A stretch of DNA of 51,696 nt from Chiloscyllium plagiosum (taxonomy: Eukaryota), in the NCBI RefSeq assembly GCF_004010195.1, contig NC_057759.1, forward strand, positions 7,181,746 to 7,233,441. The letters are read 5' to 3'. Below the pieces are notes generated by a model. It did no database searches and was not told the origin of the DNA. It worked only from the letters and a program-made list of their open reading frames with translations. Shown here piece after piece: positions 47,196 through 51,696 of this stretch. Position 1 is the first letter of the stretch; every line of letters starts with the position of its first letter. A program made the translations under genes and the position numbers.

Positions 47196-47494
47196 CGAAC
47201 ATGTAGCCTCTGAAAAGCTACGACGTGAAACTGAGTACGTTCTCTCTTCCTAGCTATACGTTGCGGCCATACATTATAATGCAGACTCTCGATACAATAA
47301 AGGGGTGCAGTCTTGTAAAACTGGGAGGTCCAAGAATATCTTCTCACAGAAGACAGCCAATATCTGGAATTTGAATACCTAGAGGGTTGTAGAAGATGGC
47401 TCACTCAAAACATTTAGCTAACTGAGAGTTGAGGCCTGTAGAGTTGGCAACCCGGAGGACTGTGTCAGATTAGCCATGGTTTTCTCGAATGGCT

Positions 47495-47710
47495 CATCGC
47501 CCCAACTTGGGAAATATATCCGTCGTTCATTCAGTGTCACTGGGTCAAAATTCTGGAATTATCACCCCAGAGATATTATGGGTCAACATATAGCACATGC
47601 ACTGCAGCGATTCGAGAAGGCAAATCACCACCACCTTCTCAATGGGGCAACTAGGGAAGGGCAATAAATGCTGGCCTCAGGAAGGACACCCATATCCCAT
47701 GAGTGAACAA
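47495..47710 (+). mobile_element. L2/Crack-like LINE 3' end
   Basis: RRSFSVTGSKFWN..ALQRFEKANHHHLLNG, tail gggcaataaatgctggcc..cccatatcccatgagtgaa; reverse homolog of 2415-2620. Confidence 0.85.
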
Positions 47711-47849
47711 TGGAAAGATGGAAGTGGATGGCCCACTCCTACTCCGATCTCTTTAGTACAAACATTCTGTGCTGTATAATACCTACACTACGTGCTCTTA
47801 AGACTGGTTTCATGCCACCTCTAAATCTTTAGGGACCACAGTATTATAT

Positions 47850-48230
47850 ATACGTGATGGTCTACTGGTGATATTGATAGACTACTAACGGAAAACGTCA
47901 GCTATCATTTTGAGGAACTGGATTCAAATCCTGCCATGGCAGATGGTGGAATTTGAGCACAATTTGTGGAAAGTAAATATCCTGCTGCAATTACCAATCG
48001 ACTGATGATCATGAAACCATCGTCAATTCTTAGAAAAACCCATCCGGCTTCCTAATGTTCTTCAGGGAAGGAAATCTGTCATCGTCACCTGGTCTGGCCT
48101 AAATGCCACTCCAGGAATGCAGCAATGTGTTTGACTGTCACCTACCCTCTGAAAGGTCTGGCAACCCCCTCAGTTCAAGGGAAGCTTGAAGTGGGCACTA
48201 AATGTTGGTCACTTAAGTCACACAGGTAAA
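47850..48230 (+). mobile_element. tRNA-derived SINE with L2/Crack-like 3' tail
   Basis: gattcaaatcc B-box-like, cagggaaggaaatctgtc, ctggtctggccta, gggcactaaatgttggtc. Confidence 0.75.
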
Positions 48231-48669
48231 TTAGAAAAAAGAATGGTTGCTGCAGATTTGTTGAATTCCGTCCAGTTTATTACAAAATCTTGTCCTAAAG
48301 AGTCAGTATAAAAAAACTGTCCAGACTGTAAAGCAGTTTTTGAAGGTCATGCAAGGACTAAATATAACTATTTGAAATAACTATTTGAAATATGAACCTG
48401 AACTGCTGTGACTCAAAGATTCAACAAATCATAGTGGCATCACAGCTGTGATCATCGTTTCTGAAGTTGCAGTTGATACTCCAGTGAGGCAAATGGGCAC
48501 CAAGAAACAGAAAATGCCCAGCTGCAGGGCGTGGAGCAGTTTGCTATAGAACTGAGAGCAGGAGAAGCAGATACATTATTGTACCATTCAAAGCCTGCAA
48601 GAAAGCCAGACATTACTCTCCCATCCCCTCCATGTAGACAAAGAATGACAGTCAACTCCCCTGCAAAGT

Positions 48670-49130
48670 GCTTCTCAAGTGTTGCATTGATCCAGACAAG
48701 TGGGAAGCATTCCATCACACTCCTGACTTGTGCCTTATCGATAATGCGGAGGCATTGGCAGGTCAGGAAGTGAGCTATGTGCTGCAGAATTCCCATCCTC
48801 TGACGTGATCTTGTTGCCACAGTATTTATATTGATTCAGTTTAACTGAGTATGGACAGAGTGGGATTCAGTGATGGTGATGATATTGAATGTCAAGGAAC
48901 AATGGCTAGATTCTCATTCAATGTTGATTGTGTGTGGGGGCGTGCGGGGGGTGGTATATTGAGTGATGGTCATAGTATTGAATGTCAAGGATTGATAGTT
49001 AGATTACCTTTCAGTGGTAACCTCCAGAATATTGATAATGGTGGTGGGAGGTAGGGGTTCGGGGTGTGGGGAGTAAGGATTCACAGATGGTGATAGCATC
49101 AAATGTCAACGAGTGATGGTTAGAATCTCT
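48670..49130 (-). mobile_element. L2/Crack-like LINE fragment with internal triplication
   Basis: KAQVRSVMECFPLVW; homologous to 2945-3230. Confidence 0.8.
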
Positions 49131-49394
49131 TGCCAATATAGAATTGAATCAGGGAAAGTGCCTAAGTAAGCAATTAAAAATAATTTCAATACAGAAGAGC
49201 AACACTAAAATCACCAACGTAGCTGAAGGTCAAAGAGGCTCGACTGGATGTATGGAGAAGTGTTTATTGTTAATGGTGTGATTGGCGTCCAAATGTTCAG
49301 AACAAAGCACAGAAATAAAGCGATGAATTAAGCTCTGTTTGACCATTTCTACCATCATGACCAAACTGGTGAACTACAATGAGTTTGATGGCTG

Positions 49395-49493
49395 CTATTT
49401 CACTGTTGCATAAAGGGAAGGTTCTCTCCTCCAATGTTGTCCGGAGATTGTGCATAAATCTGTAGCATCTACCGTATCATATACATACTCCAA
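49395..49493 (-). CDS. Candidate terminal coding exon of an ITIM-bearing receptor
   Basis: Acceptor tgtttatttctcttccag, then LEYVYDTVDATDLCTISGQHWRREPSLYATVK*; AATAAA on minus strand at 49263-49268. Confidence 0.55.
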   Translation of the reverse strand: MEYVYDTVDATDLCTISGQHWRREPSLYATVK

Positions 49494-49679
49494 CTGGAAG
49501 AGAAATAAACATTTGATACTGGTGAATAACATTGCACAATTGAAGTGGTCTGTCACTTCATTTGTCTCTCCTCTCCCCGCTCCCATCACCCATCCTTATC
49601 TTTATGTTATTCATACTGGGGCTTTCCCATAGATGGCATGCATATTGACCGACATAAAAGTCCATTGGAACTTAGACAG

Positions 49680-50520
49680 TAGAAGTAGGAGAAGGCCATT
49701 CAGCCCTTTGAGCCTGCTCACTCATTCATTACTGTCACTATTGATCACTCTATGTGCTTGACTTTGGCTCTTTGGTCATTAAGAGATTGGCAAGAAATGA
49801 GCAGCACAGACAACCCATGAATAAATATTTGGAATGTTCCACATTTCACCACTCCCACCTCCTAATACCATTTGATTCCCTTTACCTTTAACTCTATCTA
49901 ACACCTTCTTGAAGTCATACAATGTATTGACCTTAACCGCATTCTGTGCCAAATAGTTCAACAGGCTCCCAACTCTCTAGTTGAAGACATTTTTCCTCAT
50001 CTCAGTCTTAGCCCATCCCCTTTAGACAGCGGCCCACTTGGTCTGGACTGTCTCCCAATCACTAGGAACTTCTTTCCTATGTTTAAACTGTGTACACCTG
50101 TTAGGATATTATAAAGTTTCAGTGAGATTCCCATTTTTTTTCTAAACTACAGTGAATATAATTCCAATTCATCTATTCTGTCTTCATACGTCAGTCCTAC
50201 CATCCCATGAATGAGCCTTTTAAACCTTTGCTGCACTCCTTGCTAAGATAGAACTTTCTTCCTTTGGTAAGGCGGACATAACTGCACACAAAGTATTCCA
50301 GGGTATAGTCTCACCATGTACATTTGGAGCAAGACATTCCTGCTGCTAGACTCAAATCCTCTCACTATGGAGACCAACATACCAACTGCCTTCCTAGCCA
50401 TCAGCTGCTGCTGCACAGCTGACTTTCAGTGACTGGTGTCTATGGGGCACCCAGGTCTCACTGACCATCCTCCATCTCAATAAACAACCATTACAGTAAT
50501 AATGTGTCTTTCCGCTTTAG
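49680..50520 (-). mobile_element. CR1 3' ORF2 and UTR, decayed
   Basis: gtaggagaaggccattcagccctttgagcctgctc tail; actgcacacaaagtattccagg is reverse of LEYCVQ. Confidence 0.8.
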
Positions 50521-50549
50521 CTATCCAACCTCGTGTGGGTGAAGCATAA

Positions 50550-50852
50550 AACCTAGTGTCATTATTGCTAGACCAGTAATCTCAATCCTCACTATAGTAC
50601 ATAATGGAACTTGATTCCAGTTTCTAAAAAAAAAACGCAATATGGATTTACATGTCTTAATGATGGCTATGAAACTGGTTCACTAATATCCTTTAGGGAA
50701 GGGAACTGTTATTCTTTTCTGGTCTGATCTACGTGTGACTCTAGACCCACAGAAATGTGGGCTGAATCCCAGCTGCTGTCAGGGCAAACATTGGTGAGGG
50801 AAAACAAATACTGCGCCTAACCAGTGATGCCCACGTACCATGAATGAAGAAA
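50550..50852 (+). mobile_element. tRNA-derived SINE with L2/Crack-like 3' tail
   Basis: ctggttcactaatatcctttagggaagg, ctggtctgatctacgtgtgactctagacccacag, ccagtgatgcccacgtaccatgaatgaa. Confidence 0.75.
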
Positions 50853-51099
50853 CAAAACGTAATAAACACATCAAAATAAGTTTAGTACCATAAAAATATA
50901 GAATGCTAAAACCGTTTTGCAGTGAAATAATTTTCCCCTTTGGGACTATCTTGTTTGCACAGGCTGAAGGGAGAGCAATTTTGCCCCATTCCACTTTGCA
51001 GTTTGCCTTCAGCAGACTTAAAAAATATGGCATATCAAGTGCCTCTCAGATAATCTTTTTAAACTGCTTTGGTTTTTGGAAGGAAATCATTGCTCGCCC

Positions 51100-51620
51100 A
51101 GAGTTATGAAGCACGAAATTAGACCCTTCAGTCTAACTCGTCCAGGCTGACCAGGTTTTGCAAACTGAACTAGAACCAGTTGTTTGCGATAGGCCCATAT
51201 CCCTCTCAATCCTATCTGCACAAGTACTTTTCCAGATGTCTTAAGTGTTGTAATTATACTCATCACCTCCTCTGGTACCCTCTGTGTGAAAAGCTGCCTC
51301 TCTGGTCCCTTTTAATTCTTGCTTCTCTCACCTTAAAGCTATGCCCTCTGGTTTTAGACTCCCATTCTCTGGGGGAATAAGAACTTGTCTACTCAGCTTA
51401 TCTCCCTCACTGCTGATCTGATAAACCCCTCTATGGTCACCACTCCAAAGCTGCTTGCTACTCAAATCTTCCAGTTTTAGTAACTCGCTTAGAAGTTTTT
51501 TCTTCACATGTCCCAGTTTAAAAAGATCATTTCTGTAGCAGGGAACCAGAATTATACGCAGTACTCTTACTGTGACCTTAACAATGTCTTACAGTATGTA
51601 CCATACTTTTACACACTGTG
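51100..51620 (-). mobile_element. CR1 3' end, decayed
   Basis: agacccttcagtctaactcgtcc, accctctgtgtgaaaagctgcc, accagaattatacgcagtactc. Confidence 0.8.

Positions 51621-51622
<2 letters not shown>

Positions 51623-51696
<74 letters not shown>
51623..51696. repeat. (CT)n microsatellite running off the window end
   Basis: Uninterrupted tc repeats. Confidence 0.98.

Overview
Repeat-dense vertebrate genomic DNA, almost certainly from a cartilaginous fish (shark-like CR1, HE1/V-SINE-type and Penelope repeat families); species cannot be fixed from sequence alone. Most of the window is decayed retroelements: many CR1 fragments, an L2/Crack-like LINE with a SINE sharing its 3' tail, several Penelope-like element (PLE) families carrying minimal hammerhead-ribozyme motifs and inserting as asymmetric inverted repeats, a Gmr1-type Gypsy element (SCAN-like gag, PR-IN-RT-RH order, tRNA-Pro-like PBS, two LTR remnants), a solo LTR with TSD, and several minisatellites including a long 49-bp array. 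Host-derived content: an isolated, co-oriented minus-strand H4-H3 histone pair (H3 frameshifted; H4 open but heavily substituted, both with stem-loop/HDE and promoter remnants), and a candidate minus-strand terminal exon ending in an ITIM (EPSLYATVK*) near the right end. No intact multi-exon protein gene, tRNA, rRNA or CRISPR array is supported. Repeat boundaries are by eye and approximate; most short ORFs in the supplied track are antisense shadows or repeat fragments.
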